Shown in pieces: positions 30,564 through 40,188 of a stretch of 64,000 nt of DNA. Made by a program: the position numbers and the translations under genes. The stretch comes from Tepidisphaera sp. (lineage in GTDB: Bacteria; Planctomycetota; Phycisphaerae; Phycisphaerales; UBA1924), in NCBI GenBank assembly GCA_050916045.1, contig CP051526.1:2944001-3008000 (forward strand), read 5' to 3'. Below the pieces are notes generated by a model. It was given only the letters and a program-made list of their open reading frames with translations. It was not told where the DNA came from and did no database searches. How positions within the stretch are numbered: position 1 is the stretch's first letter; each line of letters opens with the position of its first letter.

Positions 30564-31895
30564 ATGCAAAGAGTTTCAGTGATGTGTTCCGCGGCTGCGA
30601 TGGTGGCTGCGGTTGGCCTTTCCTCGGCGATGGCGGTCGGTCCCGACGTGATCGTCGGCGATCTTCACCAGGTCCAGCGTTGGGGCACGGCCAACGGCCA
30701 GCAGGCCTACTCGGTGGGCACCGTCTCCTGCAACATCGGTGACGTGAACCTCCGCTGGATTTCCAGCACGAACCAGCACCCGGTCATCGGCCAGAACCTC
30801 TTCCGCTACAAGGACGGCCGTTTCGAGCAGCTGGGTCAGAGCTGGCTGAAACACGGCTTCTTCGCGCTCTCTGAGAGCCTCTGCTCGCGGTGCAACCCGA
30901 CGGACGGCTCGTCGCTTGGCGTGGGCTGCTCGGACCCATACTCGTCGAGCCTCAACGGCTCGCAGGGCAGCCTCGGGCCGCGTTATCAGGTCAACGCGTT
31001 CACGGGCCACTTCCCGTACCCGGTGACTGGCGTTCCGAACGCGACCGGCCAGATGCGCCGCCTGCTCGTGAACAACGCGGACGTTGATCCGGCGCTGAAC
31101 GGCGGCGCCCGGTATTTCGTCGAAGGTCAGTACGTGACGCCGGATGATGCGGCGGCCGGCAACGGCGGCAACAACGCTTCGTACCGCGAGGTCCGGTTCA
31201 CCGGCAGCGGCTCCAACTTCCCCATCAGCTTCGTCTCCGGTCAGACGACCCGCCGCATGCAGAACGGCCTGCGTGCGTGGAAGATCTGCGATCCGGACGT
31301 GACGATCCGCGAGGTCCGCGTTCCGGACGAGGGCACGTTCTGGGTCGGCTTCCGCGTGACGCAGTCCAACGGCCTGTACACCTACGAGTACGCGATCCAG
31401 AACCTCAACTCCGACCGCTCGGGCGGCGCCGTCCGCATGGACATCCCCGGCTGCGACCACGTGTCGAACCAGGGCTGGAAGGGCGTGGATTACCACTCCG
31501 GCGAGATCTGGTCCAACGCGGCGTGGATCACCGAGAAGGTCGGCAACCAGCTCGTCTGGCGCAGCCCGCAGACCTACGCCGAGAACACCAACACCAACGC
31601 GCTCCGCTGGGGCACGCTCTACAACTTCCGGTTCCAGAGCACGCTCCCCCCGCGTGAGGGCAACGTGACGCTCGACCTCTTCAAGCCCGGCACGATCGGC
31701 AGCGTCTCCTTCCTCGGCCTGGTCCCCCGCGCCAAAGCCGACTTCAACAACGACGGCGTGGTCGACTTCTTCGACTACGACGCGTACGTCGAAGCGTTCG
31801 AGTCCGGCGGCTCGGGCACGGACACCAACGGCGACGGCTTCGTCGACTTCTTCGACTACAACGACTTCGTCCAGGTCTACGAACTCGGCTGCTGA
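30564..31895 (+). CDS. secreted Cys-containing protein with GC-type dockerin domain
   Basis: signal peptide; GPDVIVG, SCNIG, HPVIGQNL, QSWLKHGF, NALRWGTLYNF; C-terminal ADFNNDGVVDFFDY...DTNGDGFVDFFDYNDFVQVYELGC. Confidence 0.88.
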   Translation: MQRVSVMCSAAAMVAAVGLSSAMAVGPDVIVGDLHQVQRWGTANGQQAYSVGTVSCNIGDVNLRWISSTNQHPVIGQNLFRYKDGRFEQLGQSWLKHGFFALSESLCSRCNPTDGSSLGVGCSDPYSSSLNGSQGSLGPRYQVNAFTGHFPYPVTGVPNATGQMRRLLVNNADVDPALNGGARYFVEGQYVTPDDAAAGNGGNNASYREVRFTGSGSNFPISFVSGQTTRRMQNGLRAWKICDPDVTIREVRVPDEGTFWVGFRVTQSNGLYTYEYAIQNLNSDRSGGAVRMDIPGCDHVSNQGWKGVDYHSGEIWSNAAWITEKVGNQLVWRSPQTYAENTNTNALRWGTLYNFRFQSTLPPREGNVTLDLFKPGTIGSVSFLGLVPRAKADFNNDGVVDFFDYDAYVEAFESGGSGTDTNGDGFVDFFDYNDFVQVYELGC

Positions 31896-31919
31896 TCCGG
31901 GTTGATTCGAAGTTTCTTC

Positions 31920-31955
31920 GCGAGGGCCCCTTCACCGGGGCCCTCGCTCGTTTTT
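31920..31955 (+). terminator. intrinsic terminator
   Basis: stem GCGAGGGCCCC/GGGGCCCTCGC followed by TCGTTTTT. Confidence 0.75.
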
Positions 31956-32017
31956 GCCCCGGCGGCCCGACCCCTGCTCAGACCCTTCACGCTCTCGCAA
32001 CCGGTCAGACCCGCGCT

Positions 32018-32758
32018 TCACCCGTGCGATGAAGATCGTCGCAACTCGGGCACGTGCGTGAGCGTGGCAGAAGGGTCCCAGTCGCCCCACCTCGCATCAT
32101 CCGATCCCGTCAGCCGCGACAGGTACCACTCCGCCGGCCGCTCGAGAAATCCAAGCCGCTCGGTGTGCGGGTTGGCGATCTGCGCGTCGATCATCGCGAA
32201 CCCGCGAGCCCGGAGATGGCCCACCAGATGGACGAGGCAGACCTTGCTCGCGTCGGTGCCGCCAAGCTCGGGCTTTGAGAACATCGACTCCCCGCAGAAG
32301 ACGCCGCCGCGGCCAAGGCAAAGGCCGTACAACCCGCCGACCAGTCGCGACGGCTCGCCCGCCTCGGTAAGCCATGCCTCCACGCTGTGCGCGAAGCCCT
32401 CGACATGCAGCGTTTCGAAGATCTCGACGATGTCGGGGCTGATCCACGTCGAACGCTCGACCTCGCCCTCGATCAGCCTCGGGCCGGCGCAGGACCGGAC
32501 CACCTCGCCGAACGCCGTGTCGCTCCGGATCTCGAACCGACCGGAACGCACGCGTTGGGCGAGCGTGGACGACACGCGGAACGCGCCCGGCTCGAGCGGA
32601 AGCACACTCCGCTCATGCGGCTGCACCCACTCCGCCGGGCCGCCATCCTCGCTCATCGGGAACCAGCCCTGCCGGTACATCCCAAGCACGACCTGCACGA
32701 TCGCCGAGCCCGAACGCTCGGGCCGGCTCGGATCATTCTGTGACGGATCGCCGGGCAT
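32018..32758 (-). CDS. aat: leucyl/phenylalanyl-tRNA--protein transferase
   Basis: YRQGWFPM, DTAFGEVVRSCA, TWI, GFAHSVEAW, LVGGLYG, FCGESMFS, DASKVCL, IDAQ..NPH..RLG. Confidence 0.93.
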   Translation of the reverse strand: MPGDPSQNDPSRPERSGSAIVQVVLGMYRQGWFPMSEDGGPAEWVQPHERSVLPLEPGAFRVSSTLAQRVRSGRFEIRSDTAFGEVVRSCAGPRLIEGEVERSTWISPDIVEIFETLHVEGFAHSVEAWLTEAGEPSRLVGGLYGLCLGRGGVFCGESMFSKPELGGTDASKVCLVHLVGHLRARGFAMIDAQIANPHTERLGFLERPAEWYLSRLTGSDDARWGDWDPSATLTHVPELRRSSSHG

Positions 32759-32781
32759 GCAACCAATCGTACAATCCCTCC

Positions 32782-33627
32782 GTGCGGGCGTACGTCTCGA
32801 TCCTCGACTGGCCACAGAGCATGACGGCCGACCGTCGCGTGGAAGCCATCGTCGCCGCGACCGGCCTTGATCCTCACACCGCCCGGCAGCGTGCCGCACG
32901 CGGCGCACCCCAGGTCACCATGCTCGTCGATGCAGAGCTCGCGCCCGCGATCGTCGCCGGACTGACCGCCGAGGGCTTGCCGGCGTTCGCGCCGACCGAG
33001 GATGACCTCCTCCGCGCCCCCGCACCGCTCCGCGTCAAACGCCTCATCAAGCCAGAAGGAACGCCGCTGGCGATGTACATGGCGGAGATGTGGAAGGGCC
33101 CTTCGGAAGGGTTTCGCTGCGAAGATGTTGAACTGATCATCCGGGCCAGGGTGGATGAGACGACAGTCCGCACCGTGCTCGGGTCCGAGCCCGCCGCCCA
33201 CGGCCTGAGCGGCCCCGGAATGATGAGCCACCGCTCGCGTGCCTTCATCTCCGCCGCGTTCGACGCCGAATCGCCGGGGCTGGAAGCGAGAAAGACGATC
33301 ACACACGAATCCCGCCACGTGATCGATCTGTTCACCCGCGACGGCCGCCGCCTTCGCTGCGACTCCGCCAAGTTCAACTACGACGTGCTCGGGCCCGACC
33401 GCGGGATCTCCGACCTCCAGAGCAGCGAGCGGCTGGCCCTGCGCCTCGCCGAGGAATGCGAGAATGCTCAGATTGAAACCGGATTCCGCGAGTTCAGGTG
33501 CGCGGGGGACATCATCGCGTCCACCGAGCGCGCTCTCGGCGGGGTCACCGTCGCCAAACGCGACGAATCACCGGTGTTTGAGTTTTATTCGGCGTGGTCG
33601 TACTGTCGATTGAGGACGATGCAGTGA
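32782..33627 (+). CDS. hypothetical protein
   Basis: long ORF with host-like codon usage, divergent from aat; start uncertain. Confidence 0.65.
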   Translation: MRAYVSILDWPQSMTADRRVEAIVAATGLDPHTARQRAARGAPQVTMLVDAELAPAIVAGLTAEGLPAFAPTEDDLLRAPAPLRVKRLIKPEGTPLAMYMAEMWKGPSEGFRCEDVELIIRARVDETTVRTVLGSEPAAHGLSGPGMMSHRSRAFISAAFDAESPGLEARKTITHESRHVIDLFTRDGRRLRCDSAKFNYDVLGPDRGISDLQSSERLALRLAEECENAQIETGFREFRCAGDIIASTERALGGVTVAKRDESPVFEFYSAWSYCRLRTMQ

Positions 33628-33703
33628 GGTCGGAAGCCTCGGCCGGTGAAATCGGCTGCCGGCGTTTCCGACCAACACCCAGACCCCCTCCCCGGAGTTT
33701 CGA

Positions 33704-33937
33704 ATGCACACCCAGGAACCTTCCTTCATCTCCGTGATCTCCGATCGCGACCTGATCGGATGGGTCCTTTTCGGGCTTTTCGTGCTCATCATCATCGGCA
33801 TCCGCTCGACGGTTTCGATCATCAAGTCCCTCGCGCGGGAGCGGACGCGCCGGGAGATCGCCGCGTACATCGCCGAAGGGTCGATGACGCCCGAGCAGGG
33901 CGAGCGCCTGCTCAACGCCGGCAAGACGAGTTGCTGA
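33704..33937 (+). CDS. small single-TM protein with SHOCT-like C-terminus (paralog 1)
   Basis: GGAG RBS; TM then ERTRREIAAYIAEGSMTPEQGERLL. Confidence 0.8.
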   Translation: MHTQEPSFISVISDRDLIGWVLFGLFVLIIIGIRSTVSIIKSLARERTRREIAAYIAEGSMTPEQGERLLNAGKTSC

Positions 33938-33950
33938 AGAAAGGCCCCCT

Positions 33951-34190
33951 ATGCAGCCGTTCCTTCTCGCTTCGGACGCGGAAACCATCGTTCCGTCGGT
34001 CGCCATCCTGGGCGGGCTTCTGATCGCGGCACTGGCGATCATCTCCGGTACGATCAGGCGGATCTCTCAGACCAAAGAACGCGAGCAGTCCCGCCGCGAG
34101 ATCGCCGCGTACGTCGCCGAGGGCTCGATGAACGCCGAAGAAGCCGAACGCCTGATCAACGCCGGCCCGCGCCCGAAGAAGGACGATTGA
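33951..34190 (+). CDS. small single-TM protein with SHOCT-like C-terminus (paralog 2)
   Basis: TM then EQSRREIAAYVAEGSMNAEEAERLI. Confidence 0.8.
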   Translation: MQPFLLASDAETIVPSVAILGGLLIAALAIISGTIRRISQTKEREQSRREIAAYVAEGSMNAEEAERLINAGPRPKKDD

Positions 34191-34202
34191 CCGCCGCCCG
34201 CC

Positions 34203-35090
34203 TCACCGCCGGCGGATCAGGTCCCACACCGAGGACGCGACCGCGCGGATCGTCGCTTTGACCGTTTCCTTGGCGGCCTGCGTCGCCGCTTCCGCAACCA
34301 CACCCGAAGCCCGATCCTGCACGTCCCGCAAGCCCCCCACCATCTCGCGGAGCGTGCTTGCAATCGCGGGCAAAGCGTCGTGAGCGTGCAGCGCTGCCGA
34401 GATCGACGAGGCGATCGCTTCCTCGGACAAACCACGGGCTTTCTCTCGCCACGCTTGGGGAATCTCCGGGATCCCCGGCACATCCGGAAGGTCGCGTGGA
34501 AGCGGCGGCTTGAGCCCCGTCGTGAGCTCCACCCCCAGCGCCGCGATCGACAGAAGCTCGAGCTTGCGTGCGGTCGCGTCATCGTCGGCCGGACCGCCCA
34601 GCCGGCGAGCCAGCCCGTAATTCTCGAACCACGACCTTCCGTGCTGATCGATCAGGACCGAGGACGGGTCGACCACTCCCTGGACCAAACCCTGAGCGTG
34701 CGCGGCTTTGGCTCCAGCCCACAGGTGCTCGACGACCGTGGCCGCTTCCCGCGGCGAGAGGGTGCCCCCCTTCGTGCGCACGTGGTCGCGCAGCGTGAGG
34801 ACCCCCAGCGCCGATCCGGTGTACGGGGTCACCCAAGCGAGCCGCCCGCCCACTCCCGCCCAGAAGCCCCAGCCAAGAACAGGGAGCAGGTGCGGGCCCG
34901 TCACCGCAGCGCACGCCTGGATCGCCGCAAGCTCCGCCAGCCGACGCTTGCGACCCGCCGGCGGCCGCACGTGCACCACCGCGACGTCCCCCGAGCGGTC
35001 ATCGACGGCGAGAAGCCGCTCGCCGACCGTCGACTCCACGAGCTGTCGCGTGATGCGGAAGGAGCCGAATGCCGCGGTGGTGGTGTTCAC
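34203..35090 (-). CDS. protein kinase-fold protein, probably inactive (pseudokinase)
   Basis: FRITRQL, HLLPVL, AHAQGLVQGVVDPSSVLID (HRD lost), NYGLAR (DFG altered), LSIAALGVELTTG. Confidence 0.65.
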   Translation of the reverse strand: MNTTTAAFGSFRITRQLVESTVGERLLAVDDRSGDVAVVHVRPPAGRKRRLAELAAIQACAAVTGPHLLPVLGWGFWAGVGGRLAWVTPYTGSALGVLTLRDHVRTKGGTLSPREAATVVEHLWAGAKAAHAQGLVQGVVDPSSVLIDQHGRSWFENYGLARRLGGPADDDATARKLELLSIAALGVELTTGLKPPLPRDLPDVPGIPEIPQAWREKARGLSEEAIASSISAALHAHDALPAIASTLREMVGGLRDVQDRASGVVAEAATQAAKETVKATIRAVASSVWDLIRRR

Positions 35091-35308
35091 GAGTGATTAT
35101 TGGGAGAGAGGCCGGCGGGCTTTGCGCGAGGGGACGGAGTCGCATCCAGATTATCCATACAAAATCCAAAAACGACAGCTTTCTCACACCCTTGAACAAG
35201 CGTTCGTATTTTGGCAGGATGAGCATTCTCGGCTGTTGTCCCACCCTTGCCAGCCGATACACTCTGTGTCAGACTTTCCGCTCGGACGGCCGAGGTTGAG
35301 TCCCACGC

Positions 35309-36001
35309 ATGGCAGACGGACCACGATTTGACGTTGTCTTGATCGACGCTGGGCCCACCACGTGGGACCTCGCGGGCCGGCTCGCCGGTCGGATCGATCT
35401 GCCGCTTGCTCCAGAGGGCATTTCAGCTGTCTCGCAGGCCTGCCAAGCGTTCAACAAGACGCTGGGCCAGGTTCGGCCGGCTTTGCTCCTCTGCGGCCCC
35501 GACGAAGCGTCGCAGGCCGCGGGCAAGATCGCCGGCACCCTTCTTCGCAGCAAGCCCAAGGCGCTCCCCGGCTTGGCCGCGATGGACCTGGGCCTCTGGC
35601 AGGGGATGACCAAGGAGCAGTTACTGGACCGCTGCCCGAAAGTCTGCAAGACCATGCAGTGCGACCCCGCTTCGATCGTGCCCCCCAACGGCGAGCCGTG
35701 GAACGAAGCCAAGAGCCGCATCGTGAGCACCTTCCTGGGTGCCCTGCCCAAAAACCCCGGCACCGTCGTCGTGGTCGCCCGTCCGGGCACGCTGGTCGTG
35801 CTCCGAGCTGGGATCGATGAGCTTTCGAACCGCCCGCCGGAGCGCGACCACACCGTCCCGCCGGTCTGGGGTGAACCGTACCGCCTGACGCTCGAGCTTT
35901 CGGGGGCGACCGCCGGAGCGGGCGGCTGGCTTTCGATGTTCGGAGTGATGGGCGCTGTCGGCGTGATGGGGACACTCGCCGGCGGCTGGACGCACCGTTA
36001 A
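35309..36001 (+). CDS. histidine phosphatase (phosphoglycerate mutase) fold protein lacking the RHG motif
   Basis: VVLIDAGPTTWD..RLAGRIDLPLAPEG, MDLGLWQGM, PPNGE. Confidence 0.75.
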   Translation: MADGPRFDVVLIDAGPTTWDLAGRLAGRIDLPLAPEGISAVSQACQAFNKTLGQVRPALLLCGPDEASQAAGKIAGTLLRSKPKALPGLAAMDLGLWQGMTKEQLLDRCPKVCKTMQCDPASIVPPNGEPWNEAKSRIVSTFLGALPKNPGTVVVVARPGTLVVLRAGIDELSNRPPERDHTVPPVWGEPYRLTLELSGATAGAGGWLSMFGVMGAVGVMGTLAGGWTHR

Positions 36002-36070
36002 CCAAAGACCTCCAAGGCGCCCCGGAGGGGCGTTCGCAAGAGCAGGCCACGAAGGCCGAAGGATCAGCAC

Positions 36071-36970
36071 ATGACACAGATCTCAACCAAGCCCGCTTCC
36101 ACTCCGGCGACGACCGCCGCGGCCACCGCCGCCCCCGCCGCTCCGCGGACGTGGACCGAGCTCAAGCCCGCCCGGAAAGCGTCGATCCCCGAGGGTCTGT
36201 GGCTCCGCTGCCCCGGCTGCAGCACGATGATCTATCGCCGCCACCTCGAGGCCAACCTGCACGTCTGCCCCGAGTGCCAGCACCACTACCGCATCTCCGC
36301 TTCCGAGCGCGTCAAGCAGCTCGCGGACGAAGGGTCCTTCGTCGCGATGTTCGAGGGCTTGTCGCCCATGGACCCGCTGAAGTTCAAGGACCTCAAAGCC
36401 TACAAGGACCGCTTGCTCGCCGAGCAGATCAAGACGGGCGCGGTCGACGCGATCAAAGCCGGCCGCTGCTTCATCAAGGGCCGCGAAGCGATGATCGTCT
36501 GCCTGGACCTCACGTTCATGATGGGGTCGATGGGCTCGGTCGTCGGCGAGACGATCACGCGGGCGATCGAGGATGCGACCAAGACGAAGACGCCGGTGGT
36601 GGTCGTGAGCTGTTCCGGCGGCGCCCGCATGCAGGAATCGGGCTTGTCGCTGATGCAGATGGCCAAGACCTCCGCGGCGATCGCGCGGCACGATGATGCG
36701 GGCGGCCTGTTCATCAGCGTGCTGACGGACCCGACGACGGGCGGCGTGACGGCTTCGTTCGCGATGCTGGGCGACATCATCATGGCGGAGCCGAACGCTC
36801 TGATCTGTTTCGCGGGCCCGCGCGTGATCCAGCAGACGATCCGCCAGGAGCTACCCGAGGGCTTCCAGCGGTCGGAGTTCCTCAAGAAGAGCGGGTTCGT
36901 GGACAAGGTCGTCCCGCGGAGCGGCCTCCGCAGCGAGATCGCCCGCGTGATCGACTACGCGGGGGGATGA
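36071..36970 (+). CDS. accD: acetyl-CoA carboxylase carboxyltransferase beta subunit
   Basis: PEGLWLRCPGC..VCPEC zinc finger, GSMGSVVGE, SGGARMQE, PTTGGVTASFA, FAGPRVI, LPEGFQRSEFL. Confidence 0.97.
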   Translation: MTQISTKPASTPATTAAATAAPAAPRTWTELKPARKASIPEGLWLRCPGCSTMIYRRHLEANLHVCPECQHHYRISASERVKQLADEGSFVAMFEGLSPMDPLKFKDLKAYKDRLLAEQIKTGAVDAIKAGRCFIKGREAMIVCLDLTFMMGSMGSVVGETITRAIEDATKTKTPVVVVSCSGGARMQESGLSLMQMAKTSAAIARHDDAGGLFISVLTDPTTGGVTASFAMLGDIIMAEPNALICFAGPRVIQQTIRQELPEGFQRSEFLKKSGFVDKVVPRSGLRSEIARVIDYAGG

Positions 36971-37147
36971 TCGCGACATTCTGACGCCTGACCTGTTGCG
37001 ATACCGATTGCGACGAGGGCGGTCTTTGCCGCTTGCCGACGGCTGCAAATCGGGTGAAACGCTTTGGTAACGCGAGCATTTTGCGGTTTTGGTCGGCGGT
37101 GCGGCGGATTGCTTGACGCGCGGGGGGCGGGGCTTGATCATGGGCCC

Positions 37148-38473
37148 ATGGATTTTCCGCTGTCCGGTCTGGTTCCTCTCTTCGCCGCGGCCGTGGTTCA
37201 GGTTCCGGGGGCGGCCTCCGCGCCCGTCTCGCCGCCCGTTTCGCCGCCGGTCGTCGATGCGGGTTCGACCGCGTGGATGCTCGTCTCTTCCGCGCTGGTG
37301 CTCCTGATGGTGCCGGGGCTCGCGCTGTTCTACGGCGGCATGGTGCGTCGGAAGAACATCCTGACGACGATGCTCCACTCGTTTGTCGCGATGGCGATCA
37401 TCGGTGTGCACTGGGTGCTGATCGGGTACGCGCTGGCGTTCGGCAAGTCGATCGGGGGCGTGGTCGGGTGGAACTGGGACTACTTCGCCTTCAGCGGGAT
37501 CACGCCGTCGACGATGTACGGCGACAAGCAGGTGCCCGAGCTCGTCTTCGCGATGTTCCAGGGCAAGTTCGCGATCATCACGCCCGCGCTCATCTCGGGC
37601 GCGGTCGCGGAGCGGCTGAGCTTCAAGGGGTACATCGCGTTCATCATCGCGTGGGTGACGTTCGTGTACTGCCCGCTGGCGCACTGGGTGTGGGCTTCGG
37701 ATGGCTGGCTTTTCAAGTGGGGTGTGCTCGATTTCGCGGGCGGGACGGTGGTGCACATCTCTTCGGGCGTTTCCGCGATGGTGCTGGTGTTCCTGGTGGG
37801 GAACCGGCGGGATTTCCCGGACGGGGCGATCATGCCCAACAGCCTGGTGCTGACGCTCGTGGGCGCGGGGCTGCTCTGGTTTGGGTGGTTCGGGTTCAAT
37901 GCCGGGTCCGCGGTGGCGGTCGAGACGCCGGTCGCGGGTTCCACGGCGGCGCTGGCGTTCACCACGACGCAGGTGGCGGCGGCGATGGCGGCGCTGGTCT
38001 GGATGATCCTGGAATGGAAGCACACGGGCAAGCCGACGAGCCTGGGGTTTGCTTCGGGGATCGTCGCGGGCTTGGTGGGCATCACGCCGGCGGCGGGGCA
38101 CGTGACGCCGGCGTGGGCGATGGTGATCGGCGGCCTGACGAGCGCGGTCTGCTTCTTCGCGGTGACGCTCAAGAGCAAGCACAAGCGGGACGACTCGCTG
38201 GATGCGTTCGGCGTGCACGGCGTGGGCGGAACCGTGGGCGCGATCGCGACGGGGATCTTCTGCTTCCAGCCGGCGAAGGGGTTGATCTACGGCGAGACCG
38301 ATCAGATCGTGAAGCAGCTTGCCGGGGCGGGCGTCGCGATCGCGTTCGCGGCGGTCATGACGCTCATCATCGGATCGATCGTGAAAGCGACCATCGGCCT
38401 CCGCGTCAACGACCAGCAGGAACGCGACGGGCTTGACATCTCCATCCACGGCGAGCGTGGGTACCACTTGTAG
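37148..38473 (+). CDS. amtB: ammonium transporter
   Basis: PGLALFYGG, FAIITPALISGAVAER, DFAGGTVVH, LLWFGWFGFNAGS, GLVGITPAAG, DDSLDAFGVHG, GLD...HGE. Confidence 0.97.
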   Translation: MDFPLSGLVPLFAAAVVQVPGAASAPVSPPVSPPVVDAGSTAWMLVSSALVLLMVPGLALFYGGMVRRKNILTTMLHSFVAMAIIGVHWVLIGYALAFGKSIGGVVGWNWDYFAFSGITPSTMYGDKQVPELVFAMFQGKFAIITPALISGAVAERLSFKGYIAFIIAWVTFVYCPLAHWVWASDGWLFKWGVLDFAGGTVVHISSGVSAMVLVFLVGNRRDFPDGAIMPNSLVLTLVGAGLLWFGWFGFNAGSAVAVETPVAGSTAALAFTTTQVAAAMAALVWMILEWKHTGKPTSLGFASGIVAGLVGITPAAGHVTPAWAMVIGGLTSAVCFFAVTLKSKHKRDDSLDAFGVHGVGGTVGAIATGIFCFQPAKGLIYGETDQIVKQLAGAGVAIAFAAVMTLIIGSIVKATIGLRVNDQQERDGLDISIHGERGYHL

Positions 38474-38526
38474 AGCGGGCATCGGGCATCAGGCAGCCGA
38501 GGGCTTGGCACCATCCGGACCACATC

Positions 38527-38886
38527 ATGAAACTCATCATCGCCATCATCCGTCCCGAACGCTTGCAAGCCGTGCAGGATGCGCTTCAGAAAGCCCTCGA
38601 CGAGGGGGACAACTACCGCCTCACCGTGAGCTCGGTCGACGGCCACGGCCGCCAGGCGGGCGAAGTCGAGTACTTCCGCGGGCAGGCCGTCCGCCAGCGG
38701 CTGGTCCAGAAGTCGCAGATCACCGTCGGCGTCAACGACCCGTACGTCGAGCCGGCGATCGCGGCCATCGTCAGCGCGGCGCGGACGGGCACGACCGGCG
38801 AGGTCGGCGATGGGAAGATCTTCGTCGTGCCGCTCGAGGAATGCGTCCAGATCCGCACCGGGGAGCGGGGCGGGCGGGCGATCTGA
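38527..38886 (+). CDS. glnK: P-II family nitrogen regulator
   Basis: MKLIIAIIRP, GRQ, ARTG..GEVGDGKIFV.PLE...IRTGERG; adjacent to amtB. Confidence 0.93.
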   Translation: MKLIIAIIRPERLQAVQDALQKALDEGDNYRLTVSSVDGHGRQAGEVEYFRGQAVRQRLVQKSQITVGVNDPYVEPAIAAIVSAARTGTTGEVGDGKIFVVPLEECVQIRTGERGGRAI

Positions 38887-38970
38887 TCCGGGGCGGGCCT
38901 CTTGAACCGGGCCCGGGCGGAGGGGCATCCCGCACGACCGCCGGAAGGACCCCCCGCCTACCCTCCGGAC

Positions 38971-40086
38971 ATGCCGATCCGCACCGCGTACACCGCCAAA
39001 ATCGACTACCTCTCGGTCCTCGACGAGAACGCCGTTCTGGACAAGGAACTGGCCAAGGACACGCTCAGCGATGAGCAGGTCCTGGACTACTACCAGTTCA
39101 TGATCGTCTGCCGGCACATGGACGAGATCGCCTTCAAGCTCCAGCGCTCGGGCCGCATGGGGACCTACCCGCAGAACAAGGGTCAGGAAGCGTGCGCGAT
39201 CGGCGTCGCGGCCGCGGCCAAGAAGGGCACCGACTGGATCGTCCCCTGCTACCGCGAGAACGCGGCGCTGTGGATGCACGGCCTCCCGATGCACTACATC
39301 CTGCTCCACTGGATGGGCGATGAGCGCGGGAACAAGATCCCCGAGGGTGTGTGCCAGCTCCCGCTGTGCATCCCGATCGGGACGCAGATGCTCCACGCGA
39401 CGGGGATTTCGTGGGCTTTCAAGATGCGGAAGGAAGCCAAGGTCGCCATCACGTTCTTCGGCGACGGAGCGACCTCCGAGGGTGACTTCCACGAGGCGAT
39501 GAACTTCGCTTCGGCGTTCCAGACCCCCACCGTCTTCATCTGCCAGAACAACCAGTGGGCGATCTCGACGCCCCGCGAGCAGCAGATGAACTCCGAGACG
39601 CTGGCTCAGAAAGCCATCGCCTACGGGATGCCGACGATGCAGGTGGACGGCAACGACCTCTTCGCGGTGTACAAGGGCGCGAAGGAAGCCATCGACCGGG
39701 CCCGCGCCGGCGGCGGCCCCTCCTTCATCGAAGCGGTGACGTACCGCCTGGCCGACCACACGACGGCGGATGACGCCCGCCGCTACCGCGACCCCAAGGA
39801 GGTCGAGGCGTGGGCGGGCAAGGACCCGATGATCCGCCTGCGCAAGTACCTCACGGCCAAGGGGCTGTGGAACGACGAGCAGCAGGCCGCGGCGCAGACC
39901 CGGGCCGAAGCGATCGTCTCCGAGGTGGTCAAGACCGCCGAGGGGATCGAGAAGCCGTCGACGGACGAGATCTTCGACAGCATGTTCGCGACCCTCCCGC
40001 CCGAGCTTGAGCGGCAGAAGCGGACGATGCGGACGAGCAGCCTGGGGCAGGACCCCTCGCAGGTCGGGCTGGCGAGCGGCCGGTAA
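38971..40086 (+). CDS. pdhA: 2-oxoacid (pyruvate or branched-chain) dehydrogenase E1 alpha subunit, TIGR03181-like
   Basis: LQRSGRMGTY, GQEA, GDGATSEGDFHEAMNFA, QNNQWAIS, VDGND, YRLADHTTADDARRYR. Confidence 0.9.
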   Translation: MPIRTAYTAKIDYLSVLDENAVLDKELAKDTLSDEQVLDYYQFMIVCRHMDEIAFKLQRSGRMGTYPQNKGQEACAIGVAAAAKKGTDWIVPCYRENAALWMHGLPMHYILLHWMGDERGNKIPEGVCQLPLCIPIGTQMLHATGISWAFKMRKEAKVAITFFGDGATSEGDFHEAMNFASAFQTPTVFICQNNQWAISTPREQQMNSETLAQKAIAYGMPTMQVDGNDLFAVYKGAKEAIDRARAGGGPSFIEAVTYRLADHTTADDARRYRDPKEVEAWAGKDPMIRLRKYLTAKGLWNDEQQAAAQTRAEAIVSEVVKTAEGIEKPSTDEIFDSMFATLPPELERQKRTMRTSSLGQDPSQVGLASGR

Positions 40087-40188
40087 CCGCGCGGAGCGGG
40101 TGACCCTGAAAGCGCAGCGATCAGGAGCGGTGCGGGCCCATGCGTGGCGCGGGCGGCTTTTGCGCGTGCTCGCGCGGGGCTGTTCTTC

